This document shows, in pieces, positions 8,689-18,249 of a stretch of DNA of 64,000 nt (position 1 is its first letter; every line of letters begins with the position of its first letter). The notes under the pieces were generated by a model, which worked only from the letters and a program-made list of their open reading frames with translations, was not told where the DNA came from and ran no database searches. The stretch is taken from IMG/VR virus record IMGVR_UViG_3300037067_026010, positions 64,001 to 128,000 of that record. One strand, written 5' to 3'. Both the position numbers and the translations under genes were made by a program. The stretch comes from a virus (lineage: Duplodnaviria > Caudoviricetes).

Positions 8689-9153
8689 TTAACTCGTCAG
8701 TGAACCACCGCCTGGAGGGTCAGGCGTAACGCCAAAAGACGACGGATCACCAGTTAATGTAACGGAAAGCTCGTCGCAACGTGTCGTACCCGAGAATGTT
8801 CCCTCCCAACCAGCGGACCAGAAAACAAAGCCTGGCGCACAGGTACCCGTAGACCACGCCACGCCTACAGAGCCGTTCAAGATTATTGCCGTAATCGTCG
8901 TATAGATACCACAAATTGATAACTCTAGAAAATAACAACACGGATAGTTCGTAGGATCAGGACGTGTTAGCACGTAATCGCCTGCCGGTAGTACACAATC
9001 CGGGTCACAGGTAGTACAGGTTACCGAAGGCAACGTCACGGTAACCTCGTCTGGCATGCTGCCTACGCAGCCGCAGTGGCAGCAACATTCGAGATCCTGC
9101 GTAACCTTGTCGCCGACCAGCAGTAGTTTGTCTCCCCACTTGACCAGCGCCAT
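8689..9153 (-). CDS. Cys-rich putative structural protein (CCC motif)
   Basis: ECCCHCGC near the N-terminus; Thr/Gly-rich, beta-like body. Confidence 0.55.
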   Translation of the reverse strand: MALVKWGDKLLLVGDKVTQDLECCCHCGCVGSMPDEVTVTLPSVTCTTCDPDCVLPAGDYVLTRPDPTNYPCCYFLELSICGIYTTITAIILNGSVGVAWSTGTCAPGFVFWSAGWEGTFSGTTRCDELSVTLTGDPSSFGVTPDPPGGGSLTS

Positions 9154-9154
9154 G

Positions 9155-10315
9155 TCAACCCCCGAAAAGCGATCCGACGATGCCGCGGATCATACCGCCC
9201 CAGAGACCCATCGTTTGTAGCTTTTCCTGTGCAGCCGGTGTCAGCCCGCCAAGGGCACCCAAGACGCCGCCAACGACGTGTGCCGTGGCAAGATCCACGC
9301 CAGCCGTCGCCAAGCCTTTGATGAAATGCTTTGGATTTAAATACTCTGGTCCACCGTATTGCGCCCCGATCCCACTGACGACCCCGGAGGCTGCCGCGGC
9401 CATCGCAGGCGGTGTACCCATCGGCTGTTCGTTCGTACCCCAAGGACTCTTCGTACCGTAAGGGTTGCTCCTCGCCGCCGAGTAATTGCCCACGTCATTC
9501 CAAATGGCCTGATTGAAAGCGTCCAGCGGCACGGCCGGCAGATTCGCCGCACCCGTTTCGCCGTAGCGTTCAGCAACTTTACGCATCCACGGGTCGCTAG
9601 GGAACTCGCGCAGGGCTGCGGCTGCCTTATCGAGAATGTGGTTTCTGCTGGTCTGAATGCGGTCGTTTTCCAGTTGCGCCTGTATGGCGGGATCCTTCGG
9701 CAAGGAGTTGAGCGACGATAGCCAACCGCGCGTCCAACCGACCGGTTTGCCTGATGCATCTTGCATCCTGGCGCGTGCCGATGCGGTCCAAATACCTGGA
9801 ACTGCCCCAAGACCTGCGCCGAGAAGTCCTAATGTTTTACGCAGCTTGCCTCGCCGCAGATATCGCTCCGGAAAAAGATGCTCCAGCATTGCCCCGGCAC
9901 CGTAGCCCAGGCCCCCTGCCAGTAAGCCGCCGCCCAGGGTCGTCGCCAAGGCATTGGGGCTTTCCCATGCCGCCTTATAGAACGGATTGAAAGATATGCC
10001 CAGTGCGTTTGCACGCTTGATATGCACCCAGTCGTCGCGGTTCGGTGGATGGCACTCTGCGACTACTTCAACGGTCTTTACGCCTGGCACCGCTTGCAGA
10101 GCATTATGGTATTTATTGTATACCGCCTGATCGTCGCCGTCGCTCAGCACTGCATGCACGGCCTTGTCTTCGGGATGCCAGAATAGATAACCGTAACCCG
10201 GATCGGCAGCCGGCGGAAGCTTTTGCAAAACGCGGCGCAAGCACATGACCTCGCCGGCCGCCTCCTTGACGAGCTGCGATACGCGTGCCGGTACGTCCTG
10301 CCAAGTGATGCTCAT
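9155..10315 (-). CDS. Putative virion protein with K-x-A motifs and Gly-rich hydrophobic helices
   Basis: 386 aa; KEAA, KRAN, KAAW, KAAA, KVAE; GGGLLAGGLGYGAGA. Confidence 0.6.
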   Translation of the reverse strand: MSITWQDVPARVSQLVKEAAGEVMCLRRVLQKLPPAADPGYGYLFWHPEDKAVHAVLSDGDDQAVYNKYHNALQAVPGVKTVEVVAECHPPNRDDWVHIKRANALGISFNPFYKAAWESPNALATTLGGGLLAGGLGYGAGAMLEHLFPERYLRRGKLRKTLGLLGAGLGAVPGIWTASARARMQDASGKPVGWTRGWLSSLNSLPKDPAIQAQLENDRIQTSRNHILDKAAAALREFPSDPWMRKVAERYGETGAANLPAVPLDAFNQAIWNDVGNYSAARSNPYGTKSPWGTNEQPMGTPPAMAAAASGVVSGIGAQYGGPEYLNPKHFIKGLATAGVDLATAHVVGGVLGALGGLTPAAQEKLQTMGLWGGMIRGIVGSLFGG

Positions 10316-10572
10316 GAAGGACCCTTTCGCGGTTGCATTGCGCCCAGGTCTTCAGCGTACCATATCAGGGGGTATGCATCCAGGCCAGCACCCACGCTGG
10401 GAAACGTCGCATTGCCGTGCGCGGCGAATCTTTGATATTCACCGTCTCCTGACGCCACAACTCGTGTAGGGCACGGTATCGCTGCCAGTGTCGCCAGCGC
10501 GCCCGATGCCGCAGACTCTGCCGCATGGCAGACCTGCAAAATTTCAAAAATTTGTTTTTACGACGATGCAGA

Positions 10573-11313
10573 CTACGGGCTGCCGGTTGTGGCCGCACAT
10601 ATTTCTGTTGTGTTCGCATGGGTGGTAAAAGTGTTAATAGAGGGGGATAACCAGTCCGGAGCGCGTCTTGCCGATAATAATTCCGGATCTATGTTACGAC
10701 ACTGTTTGTGTAAGCGGCTTACCGCTGCTCGGATTAACGCATTCACGTAATGCCGCGAGCATTGCAATTCTTGCGTTATCTCGCCACGCGACATGCCGGC
10801 CAGCCGCATTTCGAGAGCCTGGCGCTGCCGAAGCGACAGCCTGGTAACCGCAATGCGGAAAGCGTGCCGACTTTCCTGCTGCAAAAGACGGCGTATCGGC
10901 GGATCCTCGTACCAGCCCTGTACCGAGGTTGCATAAATTTGCCGGGGCGGCCGGCGGCGACTGTTTGGCCTGCGGACATACTGTTCCGTGCCTTGCTGCT
11001 TCCTGGCGTTTTGAATGGCCTGGCGAATCCAATAGGCTGCATAATTTGCAAAACGGTGTCCCCGACCCTCCTGCCAGCGTTCGATAGCCACTATCAGCCC
11101 CAAGATGCCGTCTTGAAAAAGATCTCGTAGAAGTTCACGAGGTTGTCGCAGGCCGCGGGCTATGTGCCAGACAAGACGCTGATTGCACAAAATAAGTTGC
11201 TCTCTAGCCTTGCCACAACCGTTGTGGGCGGCCCGTAGATAGGCTAATTCTTCGTCCGCCGTCAAAGGCGTTGCCGTAGTCGCATTATCGAAGACGCACT
11301 TCCCTGCCGTCAT
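10573..11313 (-). CDS. Sigma-70 family RNA polymerase sigma factor (regions 1.2, 2 and 4)
   Basis: PLTADEE, AREQLILCNQRLVWHIAR, DLFQDGILGLIVAIERW, RFANYAAYWIRQAI, C-terminal HTH LSLRQRQAL...GMSRGEITQEL. ATGA overlap with the upstream gene. Confidence 0.9.
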   Translation of the reverse strand: MTAGKCVFDNATTATPLTADEELAYLRAAHNGCGKAREQLILCNQRLVWHIARGLRQPRELLRDLFQDGILGLIVAIERWQEGRGHRFANYAAYWIRQAIQNARKQQGTEQYVRRPNSRRRPPRQIYATSVQGWYEDPPIRRLLQQESRHAFRIAVTRLSLRQRQALEMRLAGMSRGEITQELQCSRHYVNALIRAAVSRLHKQCRNIDPELLSARRAPDWLSPSINTFTTHANTTEICAATTGSP

Positions 11314-12284
11314 GGTTTTCGCGGTAATTGCGGTAAAAGTTGCACAGGTTCGTGTTGCAACAGGCGATCGACCGGGTGCTGGACCATAGCGGACCCTCCG
11401 GCCAGATATGCCTGCGTCTGCCGTATCGAGCGTTGCGGATCCATCGCATTCTGCATCCGGTCCCACGTTTTGGCTTCGGCGATCGCCCTGTCGCCACGCT
11501 GTTTTATCGTAGCCGCGTGACGTTGTAAAGCGCCGAGTAGTCCTTCACCGGCGTTATAAACCGGTTTGCGTCCGCGCAGCAGCTCCGCCCCATGTCCGCG
11601 CGCTGCCTCGGCGTAGAAACTCTGCGCCGCTTTTACCGGTGCGGGCGGATTCAAAAAATCTTCAACGTCGCCAACGGTTTTCAGCCTCGTTGCACTGTCC
11701 GGATCAATATCGAGATCGATCCAATGCTCCGCCAGTTCCGACGGATCCGCGCCGTAATCTTTCGCGTAGTCAGCTTCGCGATAGACCTGATCCGCCGGCA
11801 CATTAAATCGCTGCATCAGCAGTCGCTGCAACGCCTTATTTTGCAATGGCGTCTGCTCCAGCGTCACCGCCGGCTTATTCGATACCAAATCGGATACGGC
11901 CCCGAGGGCGATGTCGTCCGCCGCGCCGGTCGCCAAGGCCATCGGCGATTTCAATAGGCCGAGTACGCTTGTTTTAGTCAGCGTTTTGGAGATATCCGCC
12001 GGTACATGTGTCTTGGGCAGATGAAAGCGATAGCCGGTCGGTCGATGGGTAATGCCATAGAACCGCTGCAGCTCCTCGTCGATGTACCAGTTTTCCGGAT
12101 TGGAAAGCATCAACTTGCGCAGCTGCGCGCTTTTGGCGGCATAAGCACGGTTGTCGGAGAGCTGCTGAATAAACTGTAGCTGCTCAAGAAGTGGGTGCCC
12201 TGCATCGGGCGGCAGTGCGGCCGTTTTCACAAAAGCCGCCGCGCACGCTTCTACTGCGGCACATTCCATAATGGTGCATGCCAT
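11310..12284 (-). CDS. K-x-A-punctuated protein containing a degenerate acyl-carrier-protein-like domain
   Basis: KTAA, KTS and KAA motifs. The internal segment LQRLLMQRFNVPADQVYREADYAKDYGADPSEL...IDPDSATRLKTVGDVEDFL follows the ACP pattern. Confidence 0.6.
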   Translation of the reverse strand: MACTIMECAAVEACAAAFVKTAALPPDAGHPLLEQLQFIQQLSDNRAYAAKSAQLRKLMLSNPENWYIDEELQRFYGITHRPTGYRFHLPKTHVPADISKTLTKTSVLGLLKSPMALATGAADDIALGAVSDLVSNKPAVTLEQTPLQNKALQRLLMQRFNVPADQVYREADYAKDYGADPSELAEHWIDLDIDPDSATRLKTVGDVEDFLNPPAPVKAAQSFYAEAARGHGAELLRGRKPVYNAGEGLLGALQRHAATIKQRGDRAIAEAKTWDRMQNAMDPQRSIRQTQAYLAGGSAMVQHPVDRLLQHEPVQLLPQLPRKP

Positions 12285-12381
12285 GGTTGTCCCGTTCCTA
12301 AAATGAAACCGGCGGCACGGAAACCGGCCGCCGGATTCGGACGTTCTTCCACAAATTGACGGGATCCATCCCGCTACACGC

Positions 12382-12876
12382 TTACGCTTCCGGCGTAGTC
12401 GGAGTTTCCGGGACGGTTGGTGTTTCCGGGACGGTTGGCGTCTCCGGAGTAGCCGGAACTTCGGGAGTTTCCGGCGTGGTTGGCGTTTCCGGCGTTGCCG
12501 GGACTTCGGGAGTCTCCGGAACTGTCGGAGTTTCCGGCACAGTCGGCGTGAGATCACGCTCGGTAATCTCGCCAGACTGCACGCCAAGGTTGACGGCTTC
12601 GCTTGCCACGACGGCAATGTCGTAAGTGCCGACGAGCGGGCGTTCGCCGAGGCTCATATCCGCATCGGCGGTAACGACGATTTGGGCCGTGCCGAGACTG
12701 CCGGTCGTTACGGCAAGACAGCTGAGGCCGTCTTCGGCAGGCTGCAGAACGAGAATGCCCGGGTCGGATCCTTGGATCGCCCAGGCCGGTACGCCATCAA
12801 TCCGCGCGGGGTTACCGACGGCATCGACGGGCCTGATGGACAACGGAACTTGCTGGATGTCAGTAAGTTGTAACAC
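12382..12876 (-). CDS. Beta-rich (Ig-like) structural protein with a C-terminal PETPT repeat tail
   Basis: GTG start with an AAAGGAG RBS 7 nt upstream; domain LQLTDIQQVPLSIRPVDAVGNPA...GTAQIVVTADAD. Confidence 0.6.
   Translation of the reverse strand: MLQLTDIQQVPLSIRPVDAVGNPARIDGVPAWAIQGSDPGILVLQPAEDGLSCLAVTTGSLGTAQIVVTADADMSLGERPLVGTYDIAVVASEAVNLGVQSGEITERDLTPTVPETPTVPETPEVPATPETPTTPETPEVPATPETPTVPETPTVPETPTTPEA
12385..12548 (-). repeat. Coding tandem repeat of P-E-T/P-T-V type triplets
   Basis: PTVPETPTVPETPEVPATPETPTTPETPEVPATPETPTVPETPTVPETPTTPEA; synonymous codons vary between copies. Confidence 0.85.
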
Positions 12877-13023
12877 GTCAAGACTCCTTTGCGATGGGTG
12901 GACATTCGAAACGGGTCCAGCTACCCATTTGAACCGGACCGCGCGCGGTCGTCTGAATTTGTGCATAGGTAGTTCCTCACTTGACCAGACAGCCATCGTT
13001 GTACCGCATCCGTACTACGCTGT

Positions 13024-16000
13024 CTAGGGCGTCCAGTCCTCGTGCGGCGCCAGCAATACCGGCGCGCGATGCGCACCTGAAGCAAACTGGCCTTGCGAGC
13101 GAATTTTCGCAACGCGGCCGCGATAGATATCCGGCTCTCGCCATAGCTCGCGCCGCAGCTCGTCCGAGATTCCCGTACCGACTCTGCCGACGGTTTTACC
13201 GCCAGGCGTCAGCGCGTACTCGAAACCGCCGGCGCCGATGCCGCGGTACTTGCCGCGTCCGGGATAAACGCCGGTAATGTGCACATCAGATTCTTCAAGC
13301 AGCTTGCCTTTCTGCGGCACGCCTGTTGCCGGATGCAATACGATGCCCTCTCGCGTCAACGGGTGCTTGCTGCTGCGAATGCGATCCCACAGCTGTTGTG
13401 CAGATTCGGGCGTTTCCGCAGCCTCCGAAAGATGGAAGTAGTCCGCAGGCAAATGCGGCAGTACTTGCTCTAGGAGTTTGCGGCGCTCGGCGCGCGGTAG
13501 ATCCTGCACGGGTTGTTTGCCCAACTGTGGAATGTCGTACAGCATATTGCGCAACTGGATATTCCCGGCGCGCTGCTTTTCCAAGGCATTAGCGACGGTA
13601 GCATTGAGAATACCGCCCAATTCGTGCGCCGGCAGCACTTCGGGTTTCTTGCCTTCAGGATTTCGAAGTCCGTAAAGCTCGCCTTTCAATACCGTGCCTC
13701 GTAAGGCTTTCGGGATCGGCGTGGACGGCCTGCCACCAAACATTCGCTCGGAATATACGATAGGCTGGCCATTGTTTTTTGCCGTACGATACGAGGTCAC
13801 TTCGATACCGTCCTTGAGCAATTGCACGAGGCTGCTGGCACCGTCTACTTTGGCTTCGGCGGTCGACCCCGGCTGCATTTTGGCGAGAACGTTCTCGATC
13901 TGCTGCGCGGGTATTTTTTTGAAGTGGACTTTTTCGTGCTGTGCTCCCACCGGCACCGTCGGCGTCGTATTGACGAGTAGCCAGTTCTTCGATTTCGGAT
14001 CGCGCGGTTTGAGCAGTACGAACCGCTCCGGAAAGCGCGCGCTTGCTTGAGTAAAATGCACGGCGTCCGGTGTGACCTTCGTAATCAGCACTTGCCCCTC
14101 TTCCGCCTTCGAGACCGTGCCTTCTCCATAACCTTTTTCTATCCGGCCCTCGAAATCTTTGTAGCTATAGTCGTGCAGCGGTTGATGTACCGCGAGCCGT
14201 TTCTCGCCCGGTTTGGGCATCTCCTTGCGCATGGCCCAACTGTGTAGGCCGGAGGGGTCGCCGATTCGCAGATCAAAGTGCCGTTTTGCCCGTGCCGCAT
14301 CGTGCAATTGCCGCAGCAACGTGTAAACGTTTCCGGCCCGTAAATCCGTCAGTGGCTCTCCGTAATTCGACCGATCCGGTAAACCTGGAATTGGCGCTGC
14401 AGTCTTTGCCAGCGCGGGGGAGGGCGTTTGCACGAGTTCCAACATGCGCCGTAACAATTGCTGTCTGTCCTCGCCCTGAATATTTTTCAATGCCGCTGCG
14501 TCCCGATTTTCCGGAGTGACTTTTGCCGGATCAATCTTGCCATCGGCTGGTGCGGCAATCTGAGTCTTTTGAAGCCATGCATTCCAGGCCTTGTCCGCAG
14601 CTTCAGGCGTATCCACCTGTTGGCCGGTGGCTTTCACGTACTGCCGTTTGGCCTCGGCAAGGCGCGGATCGAGCTCATTTGGCGTGCCTGCGTAGGCATA
14701 TCGGCTTTCAGCCGTAGGCGCCAGCCACAGCCCTCGAGCGTTGTTGGCAGCGAAAGGCAGTCCTTCCGGTTTGGCCCGCTCCACCGGTATAAGCGGCGTA
14801 GTCGCTTCCTCGTCCGATTGCCGCAAGTAGTTTGGTCCCAAGGCCGCATGCGTTAATTCGTGCTCCAAGAGCGCTTGAGGTGCGCCAGGCGCCAGACTGA
14901 CTGTGCCCGTGCGGTGGTCCATCATACCCTGTCTACCGACCAGTGGCGTGTCCTTGGTGCCGGCGATTTCCTTATCCAGCGCCGACGGACGCCACCGACT
15001 AAAGCGTGGGTTATGTCCTGGTACTGCCAATTGTGCCTGTGCTTTCTGCACGGCCGCGTCGAGGCCACCCGGAGCTTTCGCATAATAGGGTGCAATTTGC
15101 TGTCGCAGCGTTGTCGTAAAATCCTTCGGCGCCGGCGTCACCGTTGCTCCGGCCGGGGGTACAACGGCCGGCTTGGCACCGGCGCCTGTCGGCCCCTTCA
15201 CCGGGGCCGCGGTACTGCTGGGAGTACCATTGCCAGAGGCAGGCGCAGCGCTGGCCCCTTCCGTTGCCGGAGCTTTTGGCGTAGTTGCCTCGGCAGCGGT
15301 TTTGGCCGACGGTTCGGCATTGCCGGTAGGCCACCACGCTTCAATGGCCAAATGCTGGTATGTCTGCCCGTCATATTCGCGATTACGCCAGCGCTTTTCG
15401 AACTCCGCAACCGACAGATAGCCATATTGCTTGCGGTCCCCGGCCATGGCGGGATCGGCAAAGTAAACGCTCTCGTCATCCATGCCGATGACGACGCTGT
15501 AGTGGCCGCTCTGCAGCTGCTTATAGTCCGCAGGGTCTCCCCAGGCTTGCAGCGAGACGATGACCGGATGCCGCTTATCGAGAATAGCACGCAACCCGGC
15601 GAGATCCAGGTTCTCGTGAAAGAGCACCTCCAACCCGAGCTTCCGTGCCGTTTGCACAAGATCCTCCGGATCCGTGCCCTTCTGCTTGCCGCTTTCCGAA
15701 CGTTCCGCCAATTGCGCTTCGGTGACGCTCAGCCCGTTGCCTTCCGCCACTTCGCGTAATGCACCGGGACCGCAGGTGCAATCGGTCTGCTGCCGAAGAT
15801 GCGGTACAGGCGCTTGGACGTTTGCGTCTCGCATGCCGATCGGTTCTTCGGCATCCTCGGGGCCGCGCGCCGACGGGCCGTTGCCGTCAGCTGCTGCGGG
15901 TCCGCCGTGGCTACCGGGCATCAGATTCTGATCTAAGGGCACTTGATCGGCCTGTCGGGTAACGCGGGTGCTGGTCATTCGCGGATCGTCCGTGCACATC

Positions 16001-16520
16001 TTGCTATCCAGGGCCGCCGCCTTCGTAACCTTCCCATCCTTGGTCCAATCGCCGAACTCGGCGAGCGTCATTGCCGTTACGCTGCCGAGACCCTTCCAGC
16101 CCTTCGAGTAGTTCGCCAGATAGACCTGCCGTGCTTCGTCCTCCGACAGACATCGATAATGCATTTGTGCTCGTCGAACTTGCCGGTGGCCGGAGCGTTC
16201 TGGTTGACGACATGCACCAGCTCGCTTTCCAGATGCGGACCTATGAAAACATCTAAATGGTCTTTGTCGCGGCCGAGGATGCCCTTGAAATAACCATAAT
16301 CGTTGGCCATGGTTATAGACCAGGTTTTGCCGTTCCTGTCCGTGCCGGAGCGTTCGCTGCCCTTGGGATTTTCGATGGCTATGCCAAAACCGGCCCAAGA
16401 AACGTGCCCCTTCGCATAATTACCGGCTTCGATCTGCCCCGGCGTGGGCTCGGTATTTACGGCGGCGCGGGCTTGCCGGAGTTCTTTTTCGTCCAACGCT
16501 CTCTTTTCGCGCACCAGCAT
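13024..16520 (-). CDS. Polyvalent protein (InPase + C39-like peptidase + zincin HEXXH + LigD 3'-phosphoesterase + ATP-dependent DNA ligase) with a 1-nt frameshift at ~16154
   Basis: InPase: GNYAKGHV...IENPKGSERSG...DYGYFKG..GRDKDHLDVFIG...FDEHKC. C39: RQQTDCTCGPGAL...GHYSVVIG...FADP. Zincin: LEHELTH. Phosphoesterase: HDAARAKRHFDLRI...HSWA...RLAV..PLH..SYKDFEG.I..GYGEGTV. Ligase: AKVDG, LKGELY, LYDI, EGIVL and OB-fold GRVGTG. Adding one G gives a single 1165-aa frame from ATG 16520. Confidence 0.85.
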
Positions 16521-16537
16521 CCCAAGATTGCGCGCGT

Positions 16538-17038
16538 TTAATCCACGGACAGCCAACGCCCCTGAAAGTAGATCGGCTCCCCAAGCTGCGCGATCAACTG
16601 CAGCTCGTTTTGCAGCCAATCCACATGCGCCTCCGTCTCGTCGAGAATTTTCTGCAATACGGCGTAAGTCCCAAAATCCTTGGCTGCCAAGGCTGTCTGC
16701 GTCCAACCCGTATACTGGTTCGCCACCTCCACTTCGCCGTCCAAGTCCTCGGAGAATTGCGTCTTTAAGTTGCCCTCGACCGCCTCGATCACTGACGGAG
16801 CCGTCTTTGGCGCGCCGTCCAGGAAGATCATCCGATCGGCCACCAGCTGCGCATGCCCCCTCTCCTCCGTAGCTTCCTTCTCGTACATCTGCGCCAGTTT
16901 TTTGACACCATTTCCCTGCCAATACACTGCCCGTGCCCAGTAATGATTGGACACCGTCATTTCGGTGTTCAGCGCCTGTTGTAGCACTGTTAATAGTTCG
17001 CCGTTCTGCTGTATCGTCGTTTGCTGCTTCTCGGCCAT
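16538..17038 (-). CDS. bfr: Bacterioferritin / ferritin-like protein
   Basis: LNTEMTVSNHY, EATEERGHAQLVADRMIFLDGAP, DLDGEVEV and ILDETEAHVDWLQNELQLIAQLG match the Bfr four-helix bundle. Confidence 0.88.
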   Translation of the reverse strand: MAEKQQTTIQQNGELLTVLQQALNTEMTVSNHYWARAVYWQGNGVKKLAQMYEKEATEERGHAQLVADRMIFLDGAPKTAPSVIEAVEGNLKTQFSEDLDGEVEVANQYTGWTQTALAAKDFGTYAVLQKILDETEAHVDWLQNELQLIAQLGEPIYFQGRWLSVD

Positions 17039-17159
17039 TCTGTATCCCTCCTGCAGCCTGCTTGTGCGAGTTCACGGTACAAAGAACTTCAGCGCCGCCG
17101 CCCTTCTCTGTCGGCCGCGGGGAAATTGCGGCGGCTTGGCCAAAGTCCTGATGCATGGA

Positions 17160-17747
17160 TTACTTCTGCTGTGTCGTTACGGGCGGCGGATTTTGCATAT
17201 GTGCGGGAACATTTGCCGGTGCGTGCTGAAAGAACTGAAAGCACCCGAAAATAAACGCCACGCCAGCCCATTGCAACAATGTCGGCACCGCTGCAATCAG
17301 CGTGCGCCGGAAAGTTTCCCGCTTATCCGCATTTGCCGCCTCCGTTGTGGTTTTCAATGTATCCACGTCCTGAATCAGATTACGGATGCGGGCAGGGTCG
17401 ATTTGCGCATGATGCGCGGCCATCGACTCCTCGACAAGCGACATGCGCATGACCAGTGACCGCCCGGTTTCACCGCCCTCCAATAGTCGACATACTTTGG
17501 TCAAACCGTCGTTCAGCATGTCCAATTTGCTGGTCAACACGCGATAGTCCGCCTCGCGGGAGGTAAGGGCGGTCTGTAACGCATTGATCTCCACGTGCAT
17601 GTTGCGGCGGCACTCCTGGCACGACTTGTCGAACTGCTGCTGCAGTCGTGACGTACTGGTGGCCAGTTGGGCGTCCACGTAGGCACGAAACTCCGAATCG
17701 CCGGCCATAGTGCTCTCCACTAGTTTTTTCGTAAGGGTAGTTGGCAT
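17160..17747 (-). CDS. Coiled-coil protein with a C-terminal TM helix (start may be 17708)
   Basis: Heptad-like region followed by LIAAVPTLLQWAGVAFIFGCF. Confidence 0.6.
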   Translation of the reverse strand: MPTTLTKKLVESTMAGDSEFRAYVDAQLATSTSRLQQQFDKSCQECRRNMHVEINALQTALTSREADYRVLTSKLDMLNDGLTKVCRLLEGGETGRSLVMRMSLVEESMAAHHAQIDPARIRNLIQDVDTLKTTTEAANADKRETFRRTLIAAVPTLLQWAGVAFIFGCFQFFQHAPANVPAHMQNPPPVTTQQK

Positions 17748-17778
17748 GACTCCGCACTGATTACACTTATGCAAGCCC

Positions 17779-17898
17779 CCGGGAATCCCCTACTCCCGGA
17801 TCCGGTTCGAACACGATAAGGTGTTCGAACGACTGCGGCGCCATCTGGAGCACAGGCGCCACTCCTCCTTCCTGCCTCACGACTTTTATCACAGGCAG
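17779..17898 (-). ncRNA. Candidate structured RNA or leader with four consecutive hairpins
   Basis: Stems CTGCCT/AGGCAG, GGCGCC/GGCGCC, GTTCGAACAC/GTGTTCGAAC (perfect 10 bp) and CCGGGAGT/ATTCCCGG. The G-U pairs work on the minus strand. Confidence 0.4.
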
Positions 17899-17991
17899 TT
17901 GCCGATAGCAAAATGCCCGCATCCTGCGGAAATTTCGCTCACTAACCGGCCGGTGCTGCGGCCAACTTGCATTCCCCCTCTGTAGCATATT

Positions 17992-18228
17992 TTACGCTGG
18001 CAAACCAGCGGAACTTTTATAAGGGTGGTCCCGACGCTGTAACGCGGTAATTAAGCACCGCGCAGCCTCGCAGGCCTCGGCGCAGTGTTGTTGCAACTGC
18101 AGCCCTTCGTAAATGTGGTAGCCGTCGCTACGAGCGTAAGCCGTCGTATTGCCGATGACTTGCGTCACGCCGTGGCTTAGCAAGCAGGTAAACGCCTCCA
18201 GGAGGTCATCCGCACATTCCGCTGCCAT
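17992..18228 (-). CDS. Small hypothetical protein
   Basis: AGGAG RBS; 78 aa. Confidence 0.45.
   Translation of the reverse strand: MAAECADDLLEAFTCLLSHGVTQVIGNTTAYARSDGYHIYEGLQLQQHCAEACEAARCLITALQRRDHPYKSSAGLPA
18045..18060 (+). promoter_or_regulatory. 16-bp palindrome, copy 2
   Basis: Exact CGGTAATTAAGCACCG. Confidence 0.7.
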
Positions 18229-18249
18229 GTCGGACTCCTGTATAAAAGC

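Noticed and set aside
16077-17156. 359-aa ORF as a single gene
   Set aside because: Its N-terminal part overlaps bfr in another frame. Only the part from ATG 16520 is real, and that part is the frameshifted start of the polyvalent protein.
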